A program made the translations under genes and the position numbers. From Nitrosopumilus sp. (lineage in GTDB: Archaea; Thermoproteota; Nitrososphaeria; Nitrososphaerales; Nitrosopumilaceae), in assembly GCA_965238275.1 (NCBI GenBank), contig OZ250186.1, positions 1,984,001 through 2,048,000 of the forward strand: 64,000 nucleotides of DNA, given 5' to 3'. The notes below the pieces were generated by a model that was not told the origin of the DNA, ran no database searches, and saw nothing but the letters and a program-made list of their open reading frames with translations. Shown piece by piece: positions 17,170-29,475 of the stretch; within the stretch, counting starts at the first letter, position 1, and every line of letters starts with the position of its first letter.

Positions 17170-19710
17170 ATGCAGGCAGTCCACACCACAGAGTCGATAC
17201 CCCCGTCCATGCTCGTCTCGGCAACATACGACGGCGCGCTGAATCTTGCGATCCTCAAGTTTTATGATCCCGAATCCAAAAGGCTGTTCTTGTGGAAGGA
17301 TAACACCGGACACAAGCCGTACTGCTATTCCAGGCTGTCCCCGGACGAGCTGGGGTTCCTCCAGAACAGGGACGACGTCCTCGAGATAAAGACGACACGG
17401 AGATACGACCTGGCAAGAGACGAATCGGTAAACATGTCAAAGATAACTGTTGCAAACCCCCTTGCAATCGGGGGAGGGGCAGGAGGCAGGGGCATCAGGA
17501 ATCTGATCGAGACCTGGGAGTCTGACATCAAGTACTACGAGAACTATCTTTATGACACGAGGCTTGTCGTTGGAAGGTACTACAAGACTGAAAACAAAAA
17601 GATAGTGCCCCACAACATGGAGATCTCCGAGGAGGTCAAGCTTGCGCTCAAGAGCCTGCTGTGGGACAAGGTGGACAGCAAGAGCATGGTGGATGCAGAA
17701 GAGTTCAAGGAGTTCATCTCAGAGTGGGCGGATCTGTTGAACCAGCCGATTCCCAAGATCAGGAGGCTGGCAGTAGACATAGAGGTGGAGGCCGAGACTG
17801 ACAGGATTCCGGATCCCAAGGTTGCAGAAAAAAAGGTCACCGCGGTAGGCTTCAAGGGTTCGGACGGTTTTGACCAGATCTTTGTGCTCAAGACCGAGGG
17901 CACCCCCATGGGTACAAACGATCTTGGCGATGAGATCAAGGTCGTCTTTTACGAGGAGGAAAAGGGGATGCTGCAGGATGCCTTTGAGGCAATCGGATCA
18001 TTCCCGTTTGTAATAACGTACAACGGGGACGAGTTTGACCTGCCATACCTCTACCACAGGGCCAAGAGGCTTGGAATCGAGGATGCGCAGATTCCAATCT
18101 ACATGATGAGGAACTCTGCCACGCTAAAGGAGGGCGTGCATCTGGACCTGTACAGGACCATGTCCAACCGCTCGTTTCAGATTTATGCCTTCAGCCAGGC
18201 ATATACGGACTTTTCGCTAAACAGCGTCTCAAAGGCCCTCCTTGGAAAGGAGAAGATTGACTACGGGCTGAACCTAGACCAGCTTACCCTGTACCAGACT
18301 GCAAACTACTGCTACAACGACTCCCTCCTCACATACCAGCTGACAAGCTTTAACGGCGATCTCCTCATGAACCTGCTTGTAATCATCGCAAGGATTGGAA
18401 GAATGCCGATTGACGACATTGCAAGGATGGGGGTCTCTCAGTGGATCAGGAGCCTGCTGTACTACGAGCACAGGGTCAGGGACTACCTCATCCCAAACAG
18501 GGCGGAACTGGAGAAGAGATCAAGGGACGTCATGTCAGATGCCGTAATCAAGAGCAAAAAGTACAAGGGCGGCCTGGTAGTCAGCCCCAAGGAGGGGATT
18601 CATTTCAAGGTGGTCGTAATGGACTTTGCGAGCCTGTATCCAAGCATCATAAAGGTCAGGAACCTGTCATACGAGACTGTCAGGTGTCCGCACGAGGAGT
18701 GCAAGAGGAACACAATCCCGCAGACCAACCACTGGGCATGCTCAAAGAGGAACGGGCTGACATCAATGATCATCGGATCCCTGAGGGATTTGAGGGTAAA
18801 CTACTACAAGAGCCTCTCAAGGAAGGAGACCCTTACAGACGAGCAGAGGCAGCAGTACACGGTGGTAAGCCAGGCACTCAAGGTTATTTTGAATGCCAGC
18901 TACGGCGTAATGGGGGCAGACATATTCCCGCTGTACTTCCTTCCCGCAGCAGAGGCGACCACTGCAATCGGAAGGCACACCATCCAGGAGACGATCAACA
19001 AATGCGAATCCGCCGGAATCAACGTGCTTTACGGGGATACGGACTCGCTGTTCATCAAAAAGCCAACGCCTGCACAGATCCAGATGGTAATAGAGCAGGC
19101 AAAGAGGGATCACGGGGTCGATCTCGAGGTTGACAAGGAGTACAGGTACTGCGTGCTAAGCAACAGGAAGAAGAACTACTTTGGGGTTACAGAGTCCGGA
19201 AAGGTCGACGTCAAGGGGCTGACGGGCAAAAAATCGCACACGCCGCCGTTCATCAAGAGGCTGTTTGGCGAGATCCTCGTGGTCCTCGCAAGGATACAGA
19301 CAGAGGGCGACTTTGAGGAGGCAAAGAGGGTAATCTCAGAGAAGATTGCAGGGTACGGCAAAAGGGTGGAGTCAAGGGAGATACCGTTAAAGGATCTTGC
19401 CTTCACCGTCATGCTCAGCAAGTCGCCTGCAGAGTATACAAAGACTGTCCCCCAGCACATAAAGGCTGCAAAACAGCTAGAGGGCAGCAGGATCATAAAG
19501 AGGGGGGACAGGATCTCATACATCAAGGTCATAGGCAGGATCGGGGTAAAGCCAATCGAGTTGGCAAGAGGGGACGAGATTGACGCCAAGAAATACATGG
19601 AGTTTATGGAGTCCACCCTGGAGCAGATTACCTCGTCGATGAGCCTGGATTTTGACAGGATCCTGAATAAGCCAAAGCAGTCAGGCATGGACGAGTTCTT
19701 CTGGGGCTAG
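17170..19710 (+). CDS. polB: Family B DNA polymerase (PolB1)
   Basis: Exonuclease DIE, YNGD.FD, DFASLYPS, K...N..YG, YGDTDS, and a C-terminal PIP-like Q..MDEFF. Confidence 0.97.
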   Translation: MQAVHTTESIPPSMLVSATYDGALNLAILKFYDPESKRLFLWKDNTGHKPYCYSRLSPDELGFLQNRDDVLEIKTTRRYDLARDESVNMSKITVANPLAIGGGAGGRGIRNLIETWESDIKYYENYLYDTRLVVGRYYKTENKKIVPHNMEISEEVKLALKSLLWDKVDSKSMVDAEEFKEFISEWADLLNQPIPKIRRLAVDIEVEAETDRIPDPKVAEKKVTAVGFKGSDGFDQIFVLKTEGTPMGTNDLGDEIKVVFYEEEKGMLQDAFEAIGSFPFVITYNGDEFDLPYLYHRAKRLGIEDAQIPIYMMRNSATLKEGVHLDLYRTMSNRSFQIYAFSQAYTDFSLNSVSKALLGKEKIDYGLNLDQLTLYQTANYCYNDSLLTYQLTSFNGDLLMNLLVIIARIGRMPIDDIARMGVSQWIRSLLYYEHRVRDYLIPNRAELEKRSRDVMSDAVIKSKKYKGGLVVSPKEGIHFKVVVMDFASLYPSIIKVRNLSYETVRCPHEECKRNTIPQTNHWACSKRNGLTSMIIGSLRDLRVNYYKSLSRKETLTDEQRQQYTVVSQALKVILNASYGVMGADIFPLYFLPAAEATTAIGRHTIQETINKCESAGINVLYGDTDSLFIKKPTPAQIQMVIEQAKRDHGVDLEVDKEYRYCVLSNRKKNYFGVTESGKVDVKGLTGKKSHTPPFIKRLFGEILVVLARIQTEGDFEEAKRVISEKIAGYGKRVESREIPLKDLAFTVMLSKSPAEYTKTVPQHIKAAKQLEGSRIIKRGDRISYIKVIGRIGVKPIELARGDEIDAKKYMEFMESTLEQITSSMSLDFDRILNKPKQSGMDEFFWG

Positions 19711-19853
19711 CCCGGAGCGGGTGTGTGCCCCCTTGAAGCGATTGGCCTCTCGCCATGCGGATTCCTTGGCAGAGTCTATGCGGCCTGCAGGCAGGATGCC
19801 ACAGGCAGGCAGATAATCAAGGATTAAATAGAAAACCGGACACCCAAGTAGGG

Positions 19854-20528
19854 ATGCTGGTCATTAACTGCAAGAACTACATGGAGGTTGCAGGAGACAG
19901 AATTGTCAGGTTTGTTGAGACTGCCGAAAAGGTCTCAAAAAGATACAACGTGGAGATTGCCGTGGCGCCGCCACAGCACCTTATTGGCGCAGTCGCAGGA
20001 AGAGGCGGCAGCAACAGCAGCAGCATACCCATTCTTGCCCAGCATGTCGACGAGTCAGGCATTGGCAGCACCACGGGATTCGTGGTGCCAGAGATGCTAA
20101 AGGAGTCAGGGGTGAGCGGATCCCTGATTAACCACAGCGAGCACAGAATTCCAGATGCCGCGGTACAAAGGCTGGTGCAGAGGATGAGGGGGCTTGGAAT
20201 GATCTCCATCGTATGCGTTAGGGATGTGGCAGAGGCCGGAAGGTATGCAGGATTCAACCCCGACTACATAGCAATAGAGCCTCCTGAGCTGATTGGCTCG
20301 GGCAGGGCAATCTCAAAGGAGAGGCCGGAGATGATCACCGACGCAGGCGATGCAATAGCAGGTGTCGGGAGTCAGGCCGGGCTGCTGTGCGGTGCCGGAA
20401 TCATCTCAGGGGCAGACGTCGCAAGGGCCGTCGAGCTGGGAGCCAGGGGCGTTCTGGTGGCAAGCGGAATAGTAAAGGCGGCAGACTGGGACGGGATAAT
20501 CTCAGAGTTTGCCAGATCAATAAGATAG
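19854..20528 (+). CDS. tpiA: Triosephosphate isomerase (archaeal type)
   Basis: [26 protein letters not shown] and LVASG motifs. Confidence 0.95.
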   Translation: MLVINCKNYMEVAGDRIVRFVETAEKVSKRYNVEIAVAPPQHLIGAVAGRGGSNSSSIPILAQHVDESGIGSTTGFVVPEMLKESGVSGSLINHSEHRIPDAAVQRLVQRMRGLGMISIVCVRDVAEAGRYAGFNPDYIAIEPPELIGSGRAISKERPEMITDAGDAIAGVGSQAGLLCGAGIISGADVARAVELGARGVLVASGIVKAADWDGIISEFARSIR

Positions 20529-22154
20529 CCATCCCCTGGCAGGATCCCGGATGAACCGGCACGCATGCATGCCATGAAATACTGATAAAATATAAAACAA
20601 CATAACCAAACAATACACCATGAACGGAACGACAACGTTTGCGTGCTTTGCACTGCTAGCAGCAGCCGCGCTGATTCCCGCCACGCCTGCGTATTCCCAA
20701 GACGAGGATGTCGATCCGTGTTCCCTGACACGCTTTGATCCAGACTGCAGCCCGTCAGGGTGACCCATTCCCTCGACAATCCCCCTGCAGATGGACAGTC
20801 CCAGTCCCGTGCCGCCGTGCCGGCGGGTTACGGTCGAATCCACCTGGTAGAACTTGTTGAAGAGTTTTGCCTGCTTTTCCTGCGGGATGCCTATGCCGTT
20901 GTCTTCGACGCCAAACCAGAGGAACTTGCCGTCCCGCTTGACAGTCACAGTTATCCGGCCGGTGTCAGCCGGCGTAAAGTCGACTGCGTTGTATATCAGA
21001 TTGTTTATGACCTCCTCTATCCTGGATCTGTCCCCCGTGACGCGTCCCTTCTCCAGCACCTGCATGATCAGTTTGATCCTTTTTTCGTCTGCCGTGTAGG
21101 CCATGGTGGATTTTATGCTCTCCACCATATCTTCAATGTCAAACTCCCCAAAGTCAAACTTCATCCTGCCCAGCTCCAGCTTGTGTATGCTCAACAGGTC
21201 TGTTACCAGATGGCGGAGGTGGACTGCGTTGTTGAGGATGGTCCTGATCGCCTTGGTCTGTTTTTCGTTCAGATCCCCCAGCATTCCGGGCTTGGCCAGC
21301 GCCTGCGAGAATCCGATTATTGGCGTGAGGGGAGTCTTGAGCTCGTGCGTTATGCCGGTGAGAAACTCGTCTTTCATCGTGTCTATCTGCTTGCGCTGGT
21401 CAAGCATGTCTGTAGTCTCCTTCATTTTGGTAAGGTCCTGTATGACCACGTTCCTGCCCAGCAGTGCCCCATCCTCGTCAAACAGGTTTGTGGGGGTTAT
21501 CAGTGCCGGAAACTCGGCGTGATCCTTCTTTTTCATCCACGACTCGACTGGCTGGCAGGCCCCGTTGACGCGCCACTTTGCCATGTTTATCAGTATGCCC
21601 GAGACGGACCTGTCTGCGGTGTGTTCTGTCAGGTTCTTGCCGATAATCTCGGACTTTGTGTAGCCGAGCTTTTCCGCATAGGCCCGGTTGCAGTCTACTA
21701 TCACCCCCTCCACATTCACGGTCCGGTACATGTCAGGCGAGTTCTCATAGAGGCTTTCGTACTTGCTCAGCCTCACCAACTCCTGAAACTGCCTAACCTC
21801 CTCATAGTCCAACAGGGTCGTCCTGCTTCGGACCAGCTTGCCGTTGGTGCCGACCACGTCCTCCACGGTAATCAATACATCAAATGACCTGCCGTCCTTT
21901 GTCAGCAGCGGAAACTTGTGGTTGTGGACAGGTATGCGTTTCTTCCAGTTTTCAAAGATGTTTCGGATGAGATCATGGTGCTCCTTGGGAGTGTGATCGA
22001 ATATGGACATTCCCACGACCTCGTCCCGGATGTATCCCAGCATGCGTGCGTATTTGTCATTGCAGCTGATTATGTGTCCATCAAGATCCACCACCCTTTG
22101 CATGGGCTCCAGCGTGGTACGCACCGTATGGCGTTTCTCAAATTCGGTACTCAT
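20517..22154 (-). CDS. PAS-PAS sensor histidine kinase with a truncated HATPase and a read-through tail
   Basis: Two PAS/PAC repeats, THELKTPL, N-box NLIYNA, DNG.GI and GGTGLGL. Kinase-like sequence ends at VEGMG (about 20764). Confidence 0.88.
   Translation of the reverse strand: MSTEFEKRHTVRTTLEPMQRVVDLDGHIISCNDKYARMLGYIRDEVVGMSIFDHTPKEHHDLIRNIFENWKKRIPVHNHKFPLLTKDGRSFDVLITVEDVVGTNGKLVRSRTTLLDYEEVRQFQELVRLSKYESLYENSPDMYRTVNVEGVIVDCNRAYAEKLGYTKSEIIGKNLTEHTADRSVSGILINMAKWRVNGACQPVESWMKKKDHAEFPALITPTNLFDEDGALLGRNVVIQDLTKMKETTDMLDQRKQIDTMKDEFLTGITHELKTPLTPIIGFSQALAKPGMLGDLNEKQTKAIRTILNNAVHLRHLVTDLLSIHKLELGRMKFDFGEFDIEDMVESIKSTMAYTADEKRIKLIMQVLEKGRVTGDRSRIEEVINNLIYNAVDFTPADTGRITVTVKRDGKFLWFGVEDNGIGIPQEKQAKLFNKFYQVDSTVTRRHGGTGLGLSICRGIVEGMGHPDGLQSGSKRVREHGSTSSSWEYAGVAGISAAAASSAKHANVVVPFMVYCLVMLFYILSVFHGMHACRFIRDPARGWLSY
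20620..20763 (+). pseudogene. 5' remnant of a secreted protein gene
   Basis: [34 protein letters not shown]... has a signal peptide with an AYS/Q cleavage site and TATA-like AAATATAAAA at about 20588. It stops after 47 aa at the junction with the kinase. Confidence 0.55.
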
Positions 22155-22501
22155 TGTATCGCCCCTTCACACTGTAATAACTGGCAGTTGGCATATTCAG
22201 TTTGCATGTGAGGGTATCAGGTAAATATCTGTATTGTGTGTTGGCTGGTGCGGCCATCTCATAGGGTTGGGGACACAAACCCATGGCCGCGCATTACTGG
22301 GCGTGGCGCCAGGTAACTCCGGGCGATCTCGACGCACGTCCAAAGTTCATCGAAATGTTAAAGATTATCCCGCCTTGTCATGTCGGCCACCATCTGAGTT
22401 CCTGGATCGGGTCACATGTGGTTATTTTCGTACAACAAAAACACGCCAAATTCTGAAAACACTTATGAACAGTCCGTTTGGCATACCGACTATAATATAC
22501 C

Positions 22502-22969
22502 ATGGAAAGACTGTCAAAATTTGCAATTTATTTGGGAATTGGGATTGGCATGACCGTCTTCGTATTGTTCCTGATTGCGGCACTGCCAAATATACTTGAA
22601 AACTCCGTCCGAGATTGGGAACGCCTCGACAAGAGCGGCTACTCTGAAGAAGAACTGCGTGCAAAGTTTACAGAACACCCGGCATACAAGGCAATGTATG
22701 AAAGGTTTCCGGATACAAAGGAAGATTTCACATATTATGGAGAAGGAGACGGAAGCATGATGTTGGGAGTGATAAATTTTGAGAACAACAATCAACTGAT
22801 GCTTGATTTAAACTATCACGACTATGAGGGCAAGGTCCGTGCAGGCGCATACTGCAACACAGAATCAGGCCGCGACGGATTCTATGCAGACGAATTGTTT
22901 GCAGAGGGCTTTATACGAAATACCGACTGCCTGGAATTGACAGACGACGACAAACCGGTCGAACCCTAG
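22502..22969 (+). CDS. Membrane-anchored hypothetical protein
   Basis: N-terminal TM helix and an acidic extracellular-like domain with two Cys. Confidence 0.75.
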   Translation: MERLSKFAIYLGIGIGMTVFVLFLIAALPNILENSVRDWERLDKSGYSEEELRAKFTEHPAYKAMYERFPDTKEDFTYYGEGDGSMMLGVINFENNNQLMLDLNYHDYEGKVRAGAYCNTESGRDGFYADELFAEGFIRNTDCLELTDDDKPVEP

Positions 22970-23154
22970 GGTGCCGTTACGATGACTCCCCGTACGGGGC
23001 ATGCGGCAAGTTGACTAAGAGATTTTGATAATTGCCTGCGACGGTTAAAAGGAATTCATGCGGATGCCGGGTGGGCAGGTGCCTGTGCGGCTTGGAGGCA
23101 TACCCGGATACGTCAGATACATGTACAGATTAATGGTTTAATACCCCCTTGCAG

Positions 23155-23296
23155 ATGCCATATAGTTAAAAATGAAACAAATCTACTTTTACGACGAGGG
23201 GGACGGAAAGAATGCCATATAGTTAAAAATGAAACAAATCTACTTTTACGACGAGGGGGACAATTTGGGCGGAAAGGGCTTTTGGGCGGAAAGGGC
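23155..23296. repeat. Nested duplications at the ppdK 5' end
   Basis: A 50-bp unit at 23155-23204 and 23212-23261, plus the 16-bp unit TTTGGGCGGAAAGGGC at 23264-23279 and 23281-23296. Confidence 0.9.
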
Positions 23297-25877
23297 CTGC
23301 CTGTGCGAGATGACAAAGCTGAAGCTGCCAGTCCCGCCCGGATTTACAATAACCACCCAGGTCTGCAAGAAATACTATGAAAACAAGAAGGGCCTTCCAA
23401 AGACGCTCATGGCAGAAGTGAGAAAAAACATCGCAAAGATTGAAAAGAGGACCGGAAAGGGGTGGAACTCCGAGTCAAACCCCCTGCTGGTATCGGTTCG
23501 ATCCGGCGCTGCAGTATCCATGCCCGGCATGATGGATACGATTCTAAACCTGGGACTCAATGAGGTGACCGTGTCAGGGCTTGCAGAGAGGAGCGGCAAT
23601 CCAAGGTTTGCATGGGATTCGTACAGGAGGTTTATCCAGCTGTTTGGAAAGGTGGTGTTTGGCGTGGACGACAAAAAGTTTGACGGCGTGCTGGATGCGG
23701 CCAAGAGAAGGCAGGGCGTAAAGAATGACAGTGATCTGAACGAGAAGTCGCTAAGGGGGATAGTAGGCAGGTACAAGAAGATCTGTGAAAAGCATACCGG
23801 CAGGGCGTTTCCCGCAGACCCCACAGAACAGATAGAGCTTGCAATCAAGGCAGTCTTTGGCAGCTGGATGGGCCACAGGGCAGTCGTGTACAGGGAGAAG
23901 AACAACATCACGCGGGATGTCGCAGACGGGACTGCGGTGAACGTGGTGTCCATGGCGTTTGGCAACATGGGCGATGACAGCGCCACGGGGGTCGTATTTA
24001 CAAGAAATCCGGAGGACGGCACCCGCCACATCTACGGCGAATACCTGATGAATGCCCAGGGCGAGGACGTGGTTGCAGGAGTGAGGACAGGAAAGCAGGT
24101 AGACCAGATGAAAAACGATCTTCCAGAGTCATACAAGCAGCTTGCAAATACATGCCAGATGCTCGAAAGGCACTACAAGGAGCCCCAGGACATAGAGTTT
24201 ACGATAGAGCAGGGAATATTCTATCTGCTGCAGACCAGGAACGCAAAGATGAACGCAGTCTCGATGGTAAAGACGTCAGTGGACATGGTCAGGGAGAGGC
24301 TCATAGACAAGAACATGGCCCTGACCAGGATTCATGCAGAACAGCTGGAACAGATGCTGCACAAGAGGATGGATCCCGCAGATGTCAAAAAGCACGAACG
24401 CGTGGTAGGGGGGATCGCAGCGTCGCCCGGCGCTGCCAGCGGGATTGCGGTGTTTGATGTAACGAGGGCCGCTGCCATGGGGGAAAGCGGGGAGAAGGTG
24501 GTTCTAATCAGGGAGGAGACAAAGCCCGAGGACGTGCCTGCGTTCTTCGAGTCGGTGGGAATACTTACCAGCAGGGGAGGCAAGACGTCCCATGCCGCAG
24601 TGGTCGCAAGGGGAATGGGCAAGCCGTGCATTGTAGGATGCTCCGACCTGGAGATAGACTACGAGGGCAGGCAGTGCAGCGCAAACGGCAAGACCATGCG
24701 CGAGGGCGACACCATCACAATTGACGGAAACTCGGGCGCAGTGTATACGGGTTCGGTACAGATGATAGAGCCGGAGATTACCGCAGACTTTAGGCGGATT
24801 CTGAAATGGGCCCAAAAGTCAAAAAAGATCGGGGTCAGGGCAAACGCCGACACCCCGGACGGCGCAAGGCTGGCAAGGGAGCTTGGAGGCCAGGGCATAG
24901 GGCTGTGCAGGACAGAGAGGATGTTTAACGCAAGCGACAGGATAGGGCTGTTTGTGGATATGATCATGGCAAGGGATACCAAGGAGAGGGGCAGGGTGCT
25001 CAAGAAGCTCGGCCGCCTCCAAAAGAGCGACTTTATCCAGATCCTAAGGGCCATGGAGGGATACAAGGTCACAATCAGGCTGCTGGATCCCCCGCTGCAC
25101 GAGTTCCTTCCAAACCCCGAAGAGCTTGCAGAGAAGATTCGAAAGATGAAATCGCCAAAAGAGATAGACGAGGCAAAGAACGTCCTGAGAAGGGCAAGGG
25201 AGCTTGCAGAGGTCAACCCCATGATGGGGCACAGGGGGGTAAGGGTCGGAGTCACGTATCCCGAGATTTACGAGATGCAGATCCGCGCAGTCTTTGAGGC
25301 GCTTGCAGAACTTGCGCGCAAAAAAGTCAGGGCGCGTCCCCAGATTATGATTCCGCAGATAAGCAGCGTCTCGGAACTGAACCACATCAAGGGAATCTAC
25401 GACTCAGTCAAGGCCGAGATGGAGGCCAAATACAAGACCAGGCTGACGATAAACTTTGGGACCATGATCGAGGTGGTGCGGGCGGCCCTTACCGCAGAGG
25501 AACTTGCCGGTACTGCAGAGTTCTTTAGTTTTGGCACAAACGACCTGACCCAGGGCACGTTCAGCTTCAGCAGGGAGGACGTGGAGGGCAAGTTCCTTCC
25601 GGAGTACATGGACAAGGAGATCCTGGAGAGGAACCCGTTCCAGTCCATCGACGAGGGCGGCGTCGGCAGGCTGATGAGGCTGTGTGTCGCCGACGGACGC
25701 AGCGTCAGGCCCGACATGGAGGTCGGAATATGCGGGGAGCACGGGGGGGATCCAAGGTCCGTCAAGTTCTGCCACGGCCAGGGCCTCAGCTATGTCAGTG
25801 CCTCGCCGCACAGGATCCCGATTGCCATAGTGGCAGCGGCCCAGGCGGCAATAGAGCAGTCTGAGAAATCCCAGTGA
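23229..25877 (+). CDS. ppdK: Pyruvate, phosphate dikinase
   Basis: PVPPGF, LLVSVRSGA..SMPGMMDT, GG.TSHAAVVARG, GLCRTE, FSFGTNDL and GICGEH motifs. Confidence 0.97.
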   Translation: MKQIYFYDEGDNLGGKGFWAERACLCEMTKLKLPVPPGFTITTQVCKKYYENKKGLPKTLMAEVRKNIAKIEKRTGKGWNSESNPLLVSVRSGAAVSMPGMMDTILNLGLNEVTVSGLAERSGNPRFAWDSYRRFIQLFGKVVFGVDDKKFDGVLDAAKRRQGVKNDSDLNEKSLRGIVGRYKKICEKHTGRAFPADPTEQIELAIKAVFGSWMGHRAVVYREKNNITRDVADGTAVNVVSMAFGNMGDDSATGVVFTRNPEDGTRHIYGEYLMNAQGEDVVAGVRTGKQVDQMKNDLPESYKQLANTCQMLERHYKEPQDIEFTIEQGIFYLLQTRNAKMNAVSMVKTSVDMVRERLIDKNMALTRIHAEQLEQMLHKRMDPADVKKHERVVGGIAASPGAASGIAVFDVTRAAAMGESGEKVVLIREETKPEDVPAFFESVGILTSRGGKTSHAAVVARGMGKPCIVGCSDLEIDYEGRQCSANGKTMREGDTITIDGNSGAVYTGSVQMIEPEITADFRRILKWAQKSKKIGVRANADTPDGARLARELGGQGIGLCRTERMFNASDRIGLFVDMIMARDTKERGRVLKKLGRLQKSDFIQILRAMEGYKVTIRLLDPPLHEFLPNPEELAEKIRKMKSPKEIDEAKNVLRRARELAEVNPMMGHRGVRVGVTYPEIYEMQIRAVFEALAELARKKVRARPQIMIPQISSVSELNHIKGIYDSVKAEMEAKYKTRLTINFGTMIEVVRAALTAEELAGTAEFFSFGTNDLTQGTFSFSREDVEGKFLPEYMDKEILERNPFQSIDEGGVGRLMRLCVADGRSVRPDMEVGICGEHGGDPRSVKFCHGQGLSYVSASPHRIPIAIVAAAQAAIEQSEKSQ

Positions 25878-26313
25878 TTAAAAGCCAGGGGTTTTGAATA
25901 AACCGGCAGGCATGGTTCCGGATGCAGGACAATAATATTCTGGCATTAAACGTGAATGCATATTGATGTTTGTTTGTCCGACATTCTGTAAATCCTCGGA
26001 ATATTCTGCATATTCATTAATGTGAATTTTTGGCAGTCACGTAAGCCAATTAAAGTGTCATTTTCCAGTTATCGGCTCCTTTAGATAATTGGGGAGAGGT
26101 AATTTTTCGTCTGGACAGTGTCCGGCAATATCACCTTCAATCAGATATATGCCCAATATTGGCGCAGCCGCGGCAATTATGGCCATAAATGCTTGTAGGA
26201 TCTTTCCAGAAACATTATGAACCTGCCACCGGCATCGGATTGGAACCATGGGCCACAGAACATGATTTTGTTGCATAGGTTAGTTTTTATTTTTGGAGCC
26301 ACAACTGATCATC

Positions 26314-26703
26314 ATGCAAGGGTTTAACGTACCAGGGGCCCTATACCAGCAGAAATGCAGCAGGCTTTTACAGGAGGGCGAGATGCGCTTTGCAGGAATA
26401 ATCGACAAGGGGGGCGCACTCGTGGCCGGAGGGTTCAAGGAGACCGTGGTGCCGTACGAAAAGGACGAGACCAACCTGCAGTCTTTCTTCGAGTTCATCT
26501 CGAAGATATCCATCAGGCACGACTACGACGAGAGCCTGGGGCCGATCAACTACCTTGCGGCGCGCCGCGACAAGGTCATACTGATGGCCTTCCCCTTCCC
26601 GGTGTCAAACATCGTCCTCTTGATATCCGCAGAGCCCACAGTCAGCATCGAGGAGACGGCAGAAAAGGTGGTGCGCATATTCACGGACTCTGGCCAGCGG
26701 TGA
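26314..26703 (+). CDS. DUF6659-like thaumarchaeal protein (paralog of 8369-8734)
   Basis: MRFAGIID..G.LVAGG, R..YDE.LG.INY..ARR.KV pattern. Confidence 0.75.
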   Translation: MQGFNVPGALYQQKCSRLLQEGEMRFAGIIDKGGALVAGGFKETVVPYEKDETNLQSFFEFISKISIRHDYDESLGPINYLAARRDKVILMAFPFPVSNIVLLISAEPTVSIEETAEKVVRIFTDSGQR

Positions 26704-26927
26704 GGGAAAAGGCATCAGGTTTGTCATTATCGCAGCAGCAGCCTGTTGCATGGTTTGTTTCAGGATATTATCGTGAATTACGCCGTCTGCCAGGAACTGA
26801 AAAATCGAAAAAAGACGACCGACACAAAATCCCGCTCCAAAAATCCAGATAGACGTGCCGTACCTTAAGCCTCGGGAAAGCCCGTGCGCAAAATACACTT
26901 TAAAGCCATCTGCGCCCAACCATACCC

Positions 26928-27485
26928 ATGCTTCCCAGGATAGAGTCCATCAGGCAGATAAGGCAAAAGATTGGGGTCACGCAAAAAAAGCTTGCAGGCA
27001 TGACCGGCGTCAGCACGTCGATGATAAACCAGATAGAGTCGGGCAGGAGCAGGCCAAGCTACGAGACGGCAAGAAGGATATTTGACAGCCTGGCAACGCT
27101 GGAGGGGGCGTCCTCGTCGCACACGGTGGGGGACTTTTGCAGCAGCGACATCATAAGGCTAAAGCCCACTGACACGCTGCATGACGCAATCAGAAGGATG
27201 CACGAGATGTCCATCAGCCAGATTCCGGTATTTGACGGAGTCGACGTGGTGGGGCTGATATCCGAAGACGGCATCGTAAGGCACATCTCGGAGATGGGGG
27301 AGGCCGAAATCAAGAAGGCAAGGCTCTCAGACACCATGGAGCCGACACCTCCGATCGTGGATCACCAGACTCCTGCAAACGTGCTTGTCCCGCTGATAAG
27401 ATACTCAAAGTGCATACTGGTCTCAAGGAACACGAGGATCGTGGGGATAATTACGGCCTCTGACACCCTCAAGATGATGGAGTGA
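26928..27485 (+). CDS. XRE HTH plus CBS-pair transcriptional regulator
   Basis: TQ..LA...GVS.S.I.QIESG followed by two CBS domains. Confidence 0.92.
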   Translation: MLPRIESIRQIRQKIGVTQKKLAGMTGVSTSMINQIESGRSRPSYETARRIFDSLATLEGASSSHTVGDFCSSDIIRLKPTDTLHDAIRRMHEMSISQIPVFDGVDVVGLISEDGIVRHISEMGEAEIKKARLSDTMEPTPPIVDHQTPANVLVPLIRYSKCILVSRNTRIVGIITASDTLKMME

Positions 27486-27879
27486 CTTTTGGGTGGGAGC
27501 AGAGTTCTGCAAGCACGCCTGCAAGCGACTTTGGATGAATGAACGTAACCTGCGTTCCCGCAGAGCCGGGCCTTATCTTTCCCAGGAACCGGATTCCGCA
27601 CCCCTCCATCCTTTCCACCTCGCCTGAGATGTCGTCAGTCTCCAGCGCGATGTGGTGGAGTCCCGGCCCCTTGCGGTCAAGGAACTTTTTAATCGGGCTG
27701 TCCGGGGTTGTGGGCTGCATCAGCTCGATCCGGCCGTTCTCCAGCGTGATTATCGCCACGCGGACCCCCTCAGACTCCACCGTCTCAAACTCGACTTTGT
27801 CGACTCCGAGGGCCTGCTGGTACACGCGCGCCGACTCCTCCACGTCGTTTACCGCAATTGCGACGTGATCGATTAGCAC
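27469..27879 (-). CDS. mce: Methylmalonyl-CoA epimerase
   Basis: IDHVAIAV, IEL.QP, GLHHIA, F.HPK..GVL.EL motifs; adjacent to the mutase gene. Confidence 0.93.
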   Translation of the reverse strand: MLIDHVAIAVNDVEESARVYQQALGVDKVEFETVESEGVRVAIITLENGRIELMQPTTPDSPIKKFLDRKGPGLHHIALETDDISGEVERMEGCGIRFLGKIRPGSAGTQVTFIHPKSLAGVLAELCSHPKVTPSS

Positions 27880-29469
<1,590 letters not shown>

Positions 29470-29475
29470 TATTCA

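Noticed and set aside
17170-19710. Intein, or a viral/casposon origin of polB
   Set aside because: The length and motifs are continuous, and the gene sits in a core chromosomal neighbourhood with no cas1 or TIRs.
23490-23510. GGTTCGATCC tRNA-like motif
   Set aside because: It lies inside ppdK and encodes the conserved VRSG motif.
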